From assembly GCA_043228905.1 (NCBI GenBank), contig JBHGNT010000001.1:14260001-14324000 (forward strand): a stretch of DNA of 64,000 bases. The letters are read 5' to 3'. Source of the stretch: Azolla caroliniana (taxonomy: Eukaryota; Plantae; Polypodiophyta). Under the pieces are notes generated by a model. It was not told the origin of the DNA. It did not search any database and saw only the letters and a list, made by a program, of their open reading frames with translations. This document shows, piece after piece, positions 25,223-38,003 of the stretch. The first letter of the stretch is position 1, and every line of letters starts with the position of its first letter. Both the position numbers and the translations under genes were made by a program.

Positions 25223-28200
25223 ACTCATCACGGATGACTCAACATACGCTAATGTCTTGGATTGAGAAGAAAGGAAAGAATATGTGTGCATCTAGATTAT
25301 ATGCCGAATTTGACCAGAAGTATAACCGACTTCTGAGTGTTGATCAACGAGTTCTTGATGGAGATAAAGTCCTACTATTCTTGAAGGCAGTGGATGCGAA
25401 AGATCGGCATGAATTGGGTAACTTTTTGGAGGATGAAACACAACCAAGTGGCTTGGTAGCAGATTGGGCGGCAGTGAAGAAGGCTTGTAGCCGTCTTGAT
25501 AAGCGTCCACAACGGCAAGAGGAAACTGATATGGAGAATCCACAATCGTGGAGGAGGAAGGCACCTGTTACAATCGAGTCTAAGAAGCCATTCAAAAATT
25601 TTGATAAGAAAGCTATAGAGGAATCTGTAATAGAAGAGCTCTCCAAGAAGTTTGATGCAATATCACTAGCCAACTTAGGTCGGCGCGGGCCGAAGGGAAA
25701 AGAAGCGTATAGATGTGTATGGTGTGACAGCTTCCAGCACTCACGAAGGGAATGTGCTGACTTGAAAGATGCTATCCGCAAGAATGTTGTCTATTTGGAC
25801 GGCAACATGATTCACTCAAGCGAGACCCGGAAGCTACTACAAGTGAACTTCGGAAGAGGTGTTGTCCGCTGGAATAGTAATCGACGAACAAGAGCGTAGG
25901 AATAAGAAATAATATAAGATCATAACGCATGTAACGGTTCACGCAGGAAGCGTGAACGGCTAGATAGACCCTACGTATATAAAGGGCAGAAAACCTCTGA
26001 TAGAGGAGCGTGTAATTTTGGGAATGTAAAGAAACGTCTCATAATAGAATTCTATCTTCTCTGATTTTCTGTGTATAGCTACGGCTAATCGACTGTGTAT
26101 GTCTTGAATACCTGAGAGTGTAAGAATGTAGGTGTAACCCTTGCTAAGGATTCGGTTGTAGCCGTATCCCTTATACGCTGATAGGTTACAGGGAACATTC
26201 CCCTACGCATTACGCTTAGACGCCTATTCGTTGTTCCACACCCACGTGGAGGTCTAGGTCGAAGGACTGACCGCGGACCGTGTTCCTAATCGGCAACACT
26301 TTTGGCACGCTTGGTGATCTGTGTCTTCTCAAAGACGAGCAACGACGAATGGATGTTTAGCTGTAGACACCCTAGAGAACCAACACGACAAGACCGACCA
26401 ATAACAAGGTTCGTCACACGCCAGACAGAAGAACGCGCACGGCAAAAGCCTCGCCTGAGCAACCTCAGTACTACCTGTTGTGAGTACAAAGGTGATTCTT
26501 CGCTCTCCAAATACCTCGACGAGACGAGGGGACTACGCTCACCACAACCACCCTGTGGTCTTTCCTGACCCGCCGTAGCCCCCACCATGGCCTTTGCCTG
26601 CCCCCGCTTTAACGGCGAAACCAACGCTGCAACTCATATTCGCATGTTCCTGAATGTTTGGAATGCGAACCACATGGCGCAGAGCCTTTCGGAGGTAGTA
26701 GCACACCAGTTGAAAATGACGGAGTTCGGGTTAACATTGGATGGGCGAGCGGCGTTTTGGCATTAACAGATGGATTTACCAGCAATAACAACCTTCGATC
26801 AGCTGCAGTCCACTTTCTTGTAGTTCCTCCATTGGAGGGTTCCACAATGCGAAATCCTCGGACAGTTCTATACGATTAAGCAACTACCAACCAAGACAAT
26901 AGCAGACTTCAGCTTACATTTCCAAAATTTACGGCGGAAACTTGAACGGAGCCCCGCGGAGTATGAGGCTCGAGAAACATTTCTAGCAGCATTACGCCGA
27001 CCCTTTCGGGCAACGCTCAACAACAATAGCGTGAAAGGGGAAACGACGGATATGGCCATTGAACGAGCGTTACAGCTTGAGTTGGACGAGGAGGAGGAAA
27101 GGTTTTCTATGTCCTCCTTACGACAAGCGTTCCCCAGGACAAGGAACGCTAGTTTCGTCAAGCAATCCAGTGCACGATTTGCTTGAACTCGGGGCATTCC
27201 GCAGTGGAGTGGAATATGCGAATCCACTGCACAATCTGCCACTCGAAGGGTAACACAGTCGACAAATGCGAATACAATATGTTGAACAGAGCCACTCCTG
27301 CAGTCCGCAGCATGGACACCCAACGTCCACCACTACGGACTGAACAAAGGAGCCAAGAAGACCGACCACGGTACAGGGATCGCAACCCACGGGATGACCG
27401 GCACCACCGGAATCGCCGAAATCACAACGATTCCGAGGAGGACAAACCAGAGGATGAGGATTATCGTGGACATCCGAGTTATGCTAAAGGGGGTCGGCGC
27501 TACGAGAATCACCGACCGACAAACAAACGGGGCGGCTTCAATGGTTATCGTGGTAAGCGACGGCAATAATGAGATCATCGGCGTTACGATGAGAGCTCGG
27601 GAGATGAACGACACCAGGAACAACGACGGGATCAACAGCAACCACCACGTACGTTCCGACAAACGAGGCTAGACCGCGAGGAGCAAGTAGCACCAAGGGA
27701 GCGGCACACACCACCAGGAGCCGAGAAGGGTGAATCAAGCATCCATTGTTTTATTTGTCAGCAACCCGGACATTATGCCACGCAATGCCTAGCACACAAG
27801 GGAAAGGGGCCCGCTGTCAATATGATTACGGAGGAAGTGCAGCAAGTCACGACATGCCAGCAAACAAAAACGGTTGATTGGGCTGCGCAAGACGAGATAC
27901 GCCGACAAGCCCAAGTGTGGGTGGAAAAAGCAAACGCGACAAATACAGAACGCATGCGGAAGGAGTCCGCGAACAGAATGGAGCGAGCAGAGGACAAAAG
28001 ATCAGTCCCAGACCCCATTTGGCAGGCGTTAGTGGACTGTGAGATAACGTTAACCATGGAGAAACTGTTGTAGCTAGTCTCACGTTTCCACTAGACCATG
28101 GAAGAACGGGTGATAGGCATACTCGGGGTGAGTATCGCTACAAACCTTACAGACGTTAGCAATGGACCGCCGGTAGTGGATCAGCACAACCCGGCTATTA

Positions 28201-30762
28201 CATTAATATTACATGGACAAGAAATTCCTGGATGCGTAATCAACGACGGCTCAGGCGTTAATGTAATTAGCGCCAAAACTTGCGAGTAGTTTGGCATTTC
28301 AGAATGGGAGGCTTGCCCATTCTGGCTCTGAATGGCAGATACCCGCTCAGTACGACCATTGGGGTTAATTCGCAAAATAGGCATTATCGTGGGCGGTCAC
28401 CGCTTCGACATCTCGGCGGTCTTCCTCGCTTTGGATGCCCCAGGGGCATACCCAGTGCTTCTGGGCAGACCATGGCTTCGGGCAACAAATATCAAGCAAA
28501 GCTGGCAACACAAGTGTATCAGTTTCCGACACGGACGCACCAAGGTTTGCGTACCTACAGAAGGAAGCACGCCACAACCCAAGGGTATAACACCATTATA
28601 CGCAAAAGATATAAATATGCTGGTTGGGATGGAGGATGCAAAATTAGAGGCATACCTAGATGAGCACCCATGGATCATTCCGCTGTTCGAAATCGACGTC
28701 ATCGCAACCGCAGCTGGATATGCCACGGCCACTATGTTCCACGACGAGGCTTACGAACCAAACCCAGAGTCCATATTGGAACTCAGCAGAGCACGGGCGG
28801 CATTCAAAAGGGAAATGGAGATTTCACGACGAGTCATCGCTTCCGCCTTGGAAGAAGTAAATGTGGGTACGGAATCGGAGCCCCGTTTCCTCTCCATCGC
28901 AAAGGAATTAAGGCCGGACGAGCGAAACACGATGATCGCATTACTCACGGAATATAAGGATGTGTTCTCTTGGGATCACGAGTACATGAAGGGGTTAGAT
29001 CCCAAATTCTATCAGCATAAGATCAATTTAGCAACCGACGCGAAACCCGTCCAACAGAGCCGCTACCGCATGAACCCGAACCACGCGACCCGCGTGAAAG
29101 AAGAAATTGACAAGCTCCTGAAGGCGGGGTTCATACGATCAGTTAAACAAGCGACATAGTTAAGCCCAATAGTGGTCGTTCCAAAGAAAAACGACAAAAT
29201 ACGGTTATGCGTAGATTACCGAAAATTAAACGTCGTAACCATTACGGACGCATTTCCCTTACCCTTCACTGATAGCGTATTGGACGTCGTCGCAGGTCAT
29301 GAGATGTACAGTTTTTTAGATGGCTTCAGTAGCTATAACCAGGTACGCATGCATCCCGAGGACTAAGAAAAGACGGCATTTGTCACGGACTGGGGAGTAT
29401 ATGTGGCTGTCGTCATGATGTTCGGGCTAAAGACGGCGCCGGCAACATTTCAACAGACAATTACGGAGATCTTTGGGGAATACATTCCGACGTTCATGCA
29501 AGTTTTTTTAGATGACTTTGCGGTATATGGGAGAACAATAAACCATTTCACGCACTTACAACTGTGCCTAGAACGTTGTCGCACCGCACGCTTAAGCTTG
29601 AATCCCGCGAAATGTGTTTTCGGTGTGACCAATGGGACTCTCCTAGGCCATATAGTGAGTAAGGAGGGAATAGCGGTTGATCCGAACAAGATCTTCGTGA
29701 TTACGCAAGCCAAAACTCCGACAAACGCCAAATCGCTCAGCCAGTTTTTAGGACAAATACGGTGGCATAGTCGAATGATACGGTATTTGGCGGACTTCGC
29801 CACGCCGTTACATGCTGCTGTACATCGGACTCCTTTCCACTGGACTGCAACGGAGGATAAGGCCTATGAGGCATTTAAGATAATGCTCAGATAGGCTCCC
29901 GTCGTACAACCACCAGTTTGGGCGAAGCCATTCCACGTGTTCGTCGACGCCTCGGACATAGCAATAGGAAGTGCACTAATGCAGCTCACTGAACCAAACT
30001 GGTACCGGCTAGTATACAACGCTAGTTGTAAATTATCAACAACAGAGCGTTGTCGTAGTGTATTTCGTACACTACGTGAAAACCATAAAATAATATATCC
30101 GATTTTAGATACATATAAATAGATAAATAATATATCAAAAGAATTTATCACGTGCATAGGGCAAGATTCGAACCATGCACCTCCACGTAGATAAACCCCA
30201 ACTTTACCATTGTAATAACTTATCTTTAGTGTTAATAAATATAGATTTAATACGTATAAGACCTTTATTTACACATACCTTTATTAAAAGGTAAAAATCA
30301 TGTATTCTTTAGAGTGTGAATATTTTATTTACACGTGCCATTAAAAGTGACTCATGCACGTCTAGCGTGCATGAGCCCTATATTTAGGAAATGACAAAGC
30401 ATCACATGCACATTTAGTGTGCATGGACACTTTAGGTGAAAAAGCATGAAGCCATGCTTAGCCTCTTCCATCTTTATATAAGGAGGAGAGAAATATGTAT
30501 AAGGTTGTTGATTAATATAGAAGAATTGATCAATCTAATATATTCGTGGGATTCACGAATTTTGCCATCTAAATTACTCATATAATCTAAATATTGTTTT
30601 AAAATACACTAAACTCGTGGGATTCACAAGATTACTATCTTACTTCTCTTCCTATTATTCATAATTAGCCTTAAGTTGTATTCCTCTTCCTCCGAGTCCA
30701 AAACCTCAGCGGTTCCCACCCGACTCACGTGAACGATCCGGAGCCGAAGGGCTCGACACAGT

Positions 30763-30780
30763 TGGTGAACCCGACGTGAA
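30763..30780 (+). promoter_or_regulatory. Primer-binding site complementary to tRNA-Trp 3' end
   Basis: TGGTGAACCCGACGTGAA, 4 nt after the 5' LTR, is the reverse complement of the recalled plant tRNA-Trp end (..TTCACGTCGGGTTCACCA). Confidence 0.8.
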
Positions 30781-31204
30781 GGCGGGTGGTAAGGAGATGG
30801 AGAATCAACAAGAAGCGATGAATATGATGATGATGATGATTAAGCGGATGCAAGAAGAGCAACACACAATGTGACAAATGAAATCGGCAGTAGTGCGGCT
30901 TGTGCAAAGAAATGGGGAATTCGACGGAAAGGATGTGTCACGCTATCTACATGACTACAAGACGGAGATGATGCGATGTGGGATACCGGAAGGATTGCAA
31001 GTGATATCCTTCAGTCGGGTAGCCACGGATGAGTTACAAGAAAGAATCTTCAAGATACGGCAACAAAATCCAACATGGGAGTCCTTTGAAGAAGCTATAC
31101 GAGACGCATATGACTATCTAAGACCGAAGCAGACGAGGACATGGTCCACGAACGGCGGTCAACAGTGGGTGAGAAGCGGCCAATGACTTCCACTGAAGGA
31201 GAGC

Positions 31205-32650
31205 TTGATGCGGAAGGGTTTGGAGATGCATGAAAAGTCGCAAGTCGACATTGAAGGGGAGCTTAAAACCAAACCAAAGTCGAGGCCAACAAAGGACGAG
31301 GAGGAGGAAGATCGAGGACGAAAGGGTATCCCCACACCGGTTCCAGAAACTTTGGCGGTTGTGCCCGTGCACCAACGTGAGACCGGAGAGACGGGATGTG
31401 TCGGCGGAAAGGTGGAGGACCGGAAGGGCGACGAGGAAGACAAAGTAAATGAGCACGAACGAAGGGATTCCTTCACCATTGTTTCGGAGACTTCGGTAGT
31501 CGAGCCCGTGTGTCGACATAACACCGAAGATAAGGAAAGTGGCGGCAACGAAACGAAGGTCGAAGCCGATGCATACGAAGGAGAGATAGCCAAGGAGGTG
31601 GCTATGGGTGAAACAACGGAGGACGATAATACCGTGGATTCCTGTCCACTAATTCTAGAGACTTCGGCGGTTGTATTCGAGAACCAACGTGAGACCGGAG
31701 AGACAGGAGGTGGCGGCAAGAAAGGTAAAGTCGGAAGCCGGTTCAGATGGAAGGTGATCCGGACGGGATTCCGATCCGAAAGAAAGCCGAACCGGGTGAA
31801 AGGGGATTCAGCCGAAAGACGACCCGAAAGAAAGCCGAACCGGGTGAAAGAGGATTCGACCGAAAGACGACCCGAAAGAAAGCCGAACCGGGCGAATGAG
31901 GATTCAACCGAAAGTCGACCCAAAAGAAAGCCGAACCGAAAGGAAGAGAATTCGGTTGAAAGACGACACAAACGAAAGCCGAACCGGGCGAATGAGGATT
32001 CGGTCGAAAGACGACCCAAAAGAAAGCCGACCCGAAAAGGGGTCGACTCGGTCAAAACTGATCGACTGAGTCTGACTTGGCCGAACGCGAATATGGATGG
32101 AAGCCGACCTAGCCGAAAGCTGATCGGACGAGACCGATCCGGAAAGAAGCCAATCCGACTCAACCAGAGGTTGGACCGGTCGAGGCTGGTGAAAACGAGG
32201 AAAAGAAAGCCAACCGAAACCGAAACCGATAGATCGAAACCGGGCCGGAAGGAGACCGACTCAATCGAAACCGAACAACCGATTCCGATTCGGCCGAATA
32301 CGAATCCGATCGGAAGCCGATCAAACCGAAAGTCGATGAAGACAAGAAAGAGGCCAGTAAAAGACACTACCACGAATGACAAGGGCCAAGAATATGACGA
32401 GAGAGAACAAAGAATATGGTGGATCGGATGGCAACAATGGTTCGGGTGGAAAGAATGGGTCTACTCAAAATGGAGAGACAAAGTTGACATAGCGGGACAA
32501 ACGGAGGATGAAGGGGAGACAACGAGCATCGGCAACTTCGGCACATACCGGAGGATGTGCGGGTTCGGAGGGGGCGAGTGTCGTAGTGTATTTCGTACAC
32601 TACGTGAAAACCATAAAATAATATATCCGATTTTAGATACATATAAATAG
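31205..32650 (+). CDS. Low-complexity charged ORF (481 aa) with 16-aa tandem repeats, running into the 3' LTR
   Basis: About 5 copies of RKPNR..EDS.ERRP (48-bp unit, ~31777-32040). No recognisable domain. Confidence 0.35.
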   Translation: MMRKGLEMHEKSQVDIEGELKTKPKSRPTKDEEEEDRGRKGIPTPVPETLAVVPVHQRETGETGCVGGKVEDRKGDEEDKVNEHERRDSFTIVSETSVVEPVCRHNTEDKESGGNETKVEADAYEGEIAKEVAMGETTEDDNTVDSCPLILETSAVVFENQRETGETGGGGKKGKVGSRFRWKVIRTGFRSERKPNRVKGDSAERRPERKPNRVKEDSTERRPERKPNRANEDSTESRPKRKPNRKEENSVERRHKRKPNRANEDSVERRPKRKPTRKGVDSVKTDRLSLTWPNANMDGSRPSRKLIGRDRSGKKPIRLNQRLDRSRLVKTRKRKPTETETDRSKPGRKETDSIETEQPIPIRPNTNPIGSRSNRKSMKTRKRPVKDTTTNDKGQEYDEREQRIWWIGWQQWFGWKEWVYSKWRDKVDIAGQTEDEGETTSIGNFGTYRRMCGFGGGECRSVFRTLRENHKIIYPILDTYK

Positions 32651-35274
32651 ATAAATAATATATCAAAAGAATTTATCACATGCATAGGGCAAGATTCGAA
32701 CCATGCACCTCCACATAGATAAACCCCAACTTTACCATTGTAATAACTTATCTTTAGTGTTATAAATATAGATTTAATACATATAAGACCTTTATTTACA
32801 CATACCTTTATTAAAAGGTAAAAATCATGTATTCTTTAGAGTGTGAATATTTTATTTACACGTGCCATTAAAAGTGACTCATGCACGTCTAGCGTGCATG
32901 AGCCCTATATTTAGGAAATGACAAAGCATCACATGCACATTTAGTGTGCATGGACACTTTAGGTGAAAAAGCATGAAGCCATGCTTAGCCTCTTCCATCT
33001 TTATATAAGGAGGAGAGAAATATGTATAAGGTTGTTGATTAATATAGAAGAATTGATCAATCTAATATATTCGTGGGATTCACGAATTTTGCCATCTAAA
33101 TTACTCTTATAATCTAAATATTGTTTTAAAATACACTAAACTCGTGGGATTCACAAGATTACTATCTTACTTCTCTTCCTATTATTCATAACTAGCCTTA
33201 AGTTGTATTCCTCTTCCTCCTAGTCCAAAACCTCGGCGGTTCCCACCCGACTCACGTGAACGATCCGGAGCCGAAGGGCTCGACAACGTAACTATTCCAC
33301 AACGGAGTGGGAGGTGCTAGGGATGATCTATAGCATCAATAAATTCCGGCGTTATTTATTAGGAAGGAAATTCACGTTCCACGTGGATCATTCGGCGCTG
33401 CTGTATTTGGTGGAGAAACAAGCCCTGACGGGGAAATTGGCGTAGTGGATGCTGCTGCTCCAAGAATTCGATTTCATAATCCAGCATCGACCAGGGACAC
33501 AACATGTAGTGGCGGATTTTTTGAGCAAACTCGAGAATCGAGAAACAATATAGAAAGATGACGACGATTTTCCGGACGTCGATATCCTGCGGGTAGCAAC
33601 ACTAGCAGAAAGAACGGAATCGACCTTTCCGGACCGGTGGCTTATGCAAATGAAGTACTTTTTGAGTACAGGACTGCCTCCACCACAATTACGCACGGAC
33701 GAGAAGAAACGACTAGCCGTCCGAAGCCGTCACTTCTGCCTCGTCGAAGGCGTTTTATATCACAAAGGAAGTGACGGCATTTGGCGACGTGGGGTACGTC
33801 AAGATCAGAAGGAAGCAATTTTACGGGAGGCACACTGCGGCACGACAGGCGGCCATTACGCGGGCAATGTTACAGCCCGGAAAGTATGGCAAGCGGGCTT
33901 ATGGTGGCCAACAACGCAGAAGGACGCATTCGAGTATTGTAGAAAGTGGGATTTGTGTCAACAGATGGGCCAACTCGCGGAGGGCGCAAGGATGCCACAC
34001 CATCCCGTATTACCGCTAGACCCCTTCCAAAAGTGGGGATTGGATTTTTGTGGGCCCCTTCACACCAGCGGCAACCCATATGGGCAATAAATACATATTG
34101 GTAGCCACGGATTATTGCACCAAGTGGGTAGAAGCAAAGGCACTACGGGAAAATATGGCGGCCATCACAACCAGATTCCTTTACGAGCACATCTAGTGTT
34201 GGTTCGGCTGTCTGATTGAGCTCATCAGTGACCAGGGGAGTCATTTTCTCAATACGGGGGTTCGGGAACTAACACATCATTACGCCGTAGTCCATAAGAA
34301 GAGTACACCATATTATCCATAGGCGAATGGATTAGCAGAATCCACCAACAAGACGTTGCAGACCATTTTGAAGAAAATCGTCAATGAAAATAGAACAAAC
34401 TAGGATACTAAATTACAGAGTGCGTTATGGGTGTACAGAACCAGCTACAAAACAAGCATACAGTCAACACCGTTTCGACTAGCGTTTGGGCTGGAGGCTG
34501 TGATGCCGGTCGAATTTCAGGTACCCAGTTTGCGAATTTAGGTACGGAACCGACTATCAAAAGCCAAGTCGGAGGAGGTATGGCTCCACCAACTCCTCGA
34601 ACTCGGAGAAAAAGGCGTACATAGCATGGCTGTGTTGGAGCAGGAACAGCGACGACGTAAAGCGTTTGTGGATCGACATCGGAACGCAAAGGAAAAGGAG
34701 TTCGCCGTGGGTCGAGCGGTGCTAGTTTTCCAAACTCACATGGGCCATATGCCAGGGAAGTAACGATTCCGCTGGACCGGCCCATACTAGATAATTGGAG
34801 CGGAACAAGGCACGTTCCAACTAGGTACGCTGGTCGGGGAAGTAGTACGGCAAAAGGTGAATGGGTTTCGGCTCAAACCTTACCTGGGCCCTACGCCACC
34901 TAACCCATTCACCGCCGAATAGGACAGAGCCGAAGAACCCGCACCGTAAATGAGCGGCCCCACTTGCACCATAATGTAAAAATAGGTTGTAGATAACCGT
35001 TATGAAGAAAAAAAGAAAAAAGAAGAAGACAAGATAGCGACTATTAAAACGACTAAAGGCATGCACAAACTCCTAGTTCAAGAACACGCGGCACCACGAT
35101 GGCTCCCCTAAGCCACAAAAGGAAGGAAATAGAAGATTTTCTGCACAAAACAGAAACCCATCTTCTAGCTATCAGCGCTCCCATCGTTGCTCCCCCTCAC
35201 CTTCTCCTCCATCCTATCACAGAGCTTTAGCCCACCGCAACCACCAATCTCCTTCCCACGAACCTCCTCTGGCG

Positions 35275-38003
35275 ATGCCGATCTTCATCTCTACTGCCTT
35301 ATGCCGATGGCTCGTGGAGAAACGCTTGGATGGGTACATCCGGGTCACAGAAGAACCCCCACACCCGGATGCCATGGACATCGCCAGGAAGCTTAACATC
35401 GACACGGTCACCAACTCCTCCATCAGGAAGAAGTTGGACCTGTCATCGCTAGAAAAAGGCATTTCGAAATCCCTCCTACAGAGGCGCTGCAGCGATATTT
35501 CGGGCCATATTCCTCTACCGCCAAGGCCTATAGAACGAAGCCGATTCCAGATCCCTTCTTCCGTGAAGTTTCCAAGTTCCTGCTAGAAGTTGGTTGTGTA
35601 CATGTCAACGCATATGGGATGCCGAAGCAGAAGGCGGGCATCATTATCGATACCTTTGAAGGGCGTGCGGTTGATTGGGGGGTCATCACAGGGCCGACGT
35701 TAAGGGAAGGCCTGCACACGTATCAGGCAGGCAAAAAGCTCAGGCCGATCATACAACAACACCTTACGGTACTATTCCCACCCCCAGGCCTGCCGGCACC
35801 GCAACCCAGCCGACCCACGCAGGTTAACGGAGTTAGCAGCCCGAGAGTGGGAAGAGGAACCCCAACCCGCCCAGCCAGACCCGCGGACAACAAATACCGA
35901 CCAGCCGGACACACGGATAACACAGGAGGAACAACCGGCACATTCCGTAGAAGCAGCCCCAGAGCCAGACACCGAAACACAGCAGGATAGCCCCAGACCG
36001 AAACAACATAGATTGGACAGGAAAGATGGGCGGGGGTTGGTCAAAGACGTCCCCACGGCGACAGAGACACCGACCGAAGGTGATGGCTCCACAGCTACGG
36101 AACCCAATACGACCTTCGAAATCATTCAGGAATCACGGCCTATCATTACGACCCAGTCCCAACGAGGGAAAGCCGTATTGACGGCGGAAAGCGAGATTTT
36201 GGCATATCCGGATATCCCGGATACCGCCCAGGATTTCATCGCCCTCTTATAGTTCGGAACTTCTTTCGAGCTCATGGAATTCTTGGCAACACAATAGGTC
36301 AAAGCCTCCCAACGAATGGCCGAAGAGCATGCGGAACACCAGATGATCGAGCGCGCCCTAACACAAACGGCGGAGAGCGACGATGAGGACCGGTTAGCCA
36401 GGGTCGGTAGATAGAGGAACGTCGGGGTACGCCGAGTGGGGATGGAGATATCCCCATTAAACACGGCCCTAGTCGAAGTCGATAGGGAACAGGCAAAGGT
36501 CAACACGGGCACCAAGGAGATGGCCATTAAAAATAAGAATGTCTGGAAGAAGGTGAAACTGACCCAAGCCGAACTGGAAAAAGCTAACAAACACATCACG
36601 GAGTTGGAAGCTAATGCGACTACGGCGCAACACGCAGCTCCGCCACCAAGACACGCCATCGCCGCTTTAAAGGAAGAAATTGAGGCTCAGACCGCCATCA
36701 CCTCAAAAGCGAAAAGGGTCGTGCAACTAGCGGAATCAGAAATTGACCACCTTCGAGCTGAACTACGCCAATCCTCAGACAGAGAAAAGGAGATACGGGC
36801 TAAGGCCGGAAGGCAGTAAAAACCCTTGAAGAGAAACTCGCTACGGACGTAGCTGAACACATCCGGACAAAAGATGAAAACGCCCAATTACGGGAGGACG
36901 CGAAGAAATCGGAGGCGGCAATCGCGGGACTCCGGGCCTTATTAGAAAAACAGAAGGTATGGTTCAACGAGCAGCTGGTGGTCGAACAAGAAAAAAGGCA
37001 TCAGCTCGAAATCCGCCTAAACAATGAAATGGGGAAATTAGAAGAACAACATGCAAAGGAAGCCCAGCTGTGGGCAGGCCTAAAGGCCACGTATGAAGAA
37101 GCGACGACGATTAAACAACAAGAAATTGCAAACCTCCAGAAGTCGATGGAGGATGCACACAACCGTTGCCATGCCATCACAAATAACGTGCGTATCCTTC
37201 TCCAAACAAATCGGGAGAGGCTCACAACGCAATTGAAAACGGTGCTGGACAAATGATGGATGGCGTGGGCAACCCAAGGAGTGGAATTGCAAGCGTATCG
37301 TGTGGACTGGGAGAACCGGTGAAAAGACGGCCGAGGGTTCTATAAACTAAATGAGGAGAGCATTGCGGACCTAGCACAAGACTATCGTGCGCTAGCGAAC
37401 CAACACTCCGAAGAACTCGCGCAGCTCTTAGATGATTTTGGTGAAAGCCAGGAGGAGCTACTTCACTAGATCACACAAGCCGGTAACACCCGAACAAATG
37501 AGGAATCCAGCGTGACGCCAATTCCGGGCACGGCCGAAGAAAAGGAACCTCAGGCCTGATCACCAGAAATTACAATGACGGTGAATAGCGTGGACCGACG
37601 AGCGGAGTCCCCCACAGTACCAAACAGTGAAACCACTGCCCAAGAGGAGGTTCATCCGCACGAACCCACGCTATCATCGGACCACATGGAGAACGATGCA
37701 GGCTAGGCGGAATCGCCGCCCCACTCCCCGGTACGAACAAAGACGGCCGACACCACGGAGGAAGTAACGATTGAGACAGAACCGCGGCCGACTGCCAGCA
37801 CGACGATGGTGGAGCCCAACCCACTAGCTCAAGAAGAGCCCATCGTACCCGGACCGCCCACACACGACGACTGCGACACCGGGAGAAACCAATCTGACCA
37901 AACAGGAGAGCCACACCACGATGCACCTACGGGCCCTACGTCGCTTCCGGACGCGAACGCCGCAGCAGAGCCAAACATTTGGGCCATTTGGGAAGAGGAT
38001 TAA
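35275..38003 (+). pseudogene. Degenerate extra ORF between integrase and 3' LTR of element E (coiled-coil-rich)
   Basis: Consecutive sense ORF fragments 35275-35586, 35619-35990, 36013-36252, 36436-36819, 36978-37256 and 37806-38003 with heptad-like E/K/Q/A-rich stretches. Confidence 0.65.

Larger units (their letters stand above)
30051..33285 (+). mobile_element. Non-autonomous LTR element of the TGTCG..CGACA lineage (gag fragment plus repetitive ORF, no pol)
   Basis: Near-identical LTRs 30051-30758 and 32579-33285. TSD GCGT/ACGT. Inserted in RNase H of E (LSTTER|NYSTTE). Gag N-terminus GEFDGKDVSRYL (30878-31186). Confidence 0.95.

Noticed and set aside
31159-32382. 407-aa antisense ORF as a separate gene
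   Set aside because: It is the mirror of a purine-rich repeat ORF with no domain; its openness is explainable by composition.
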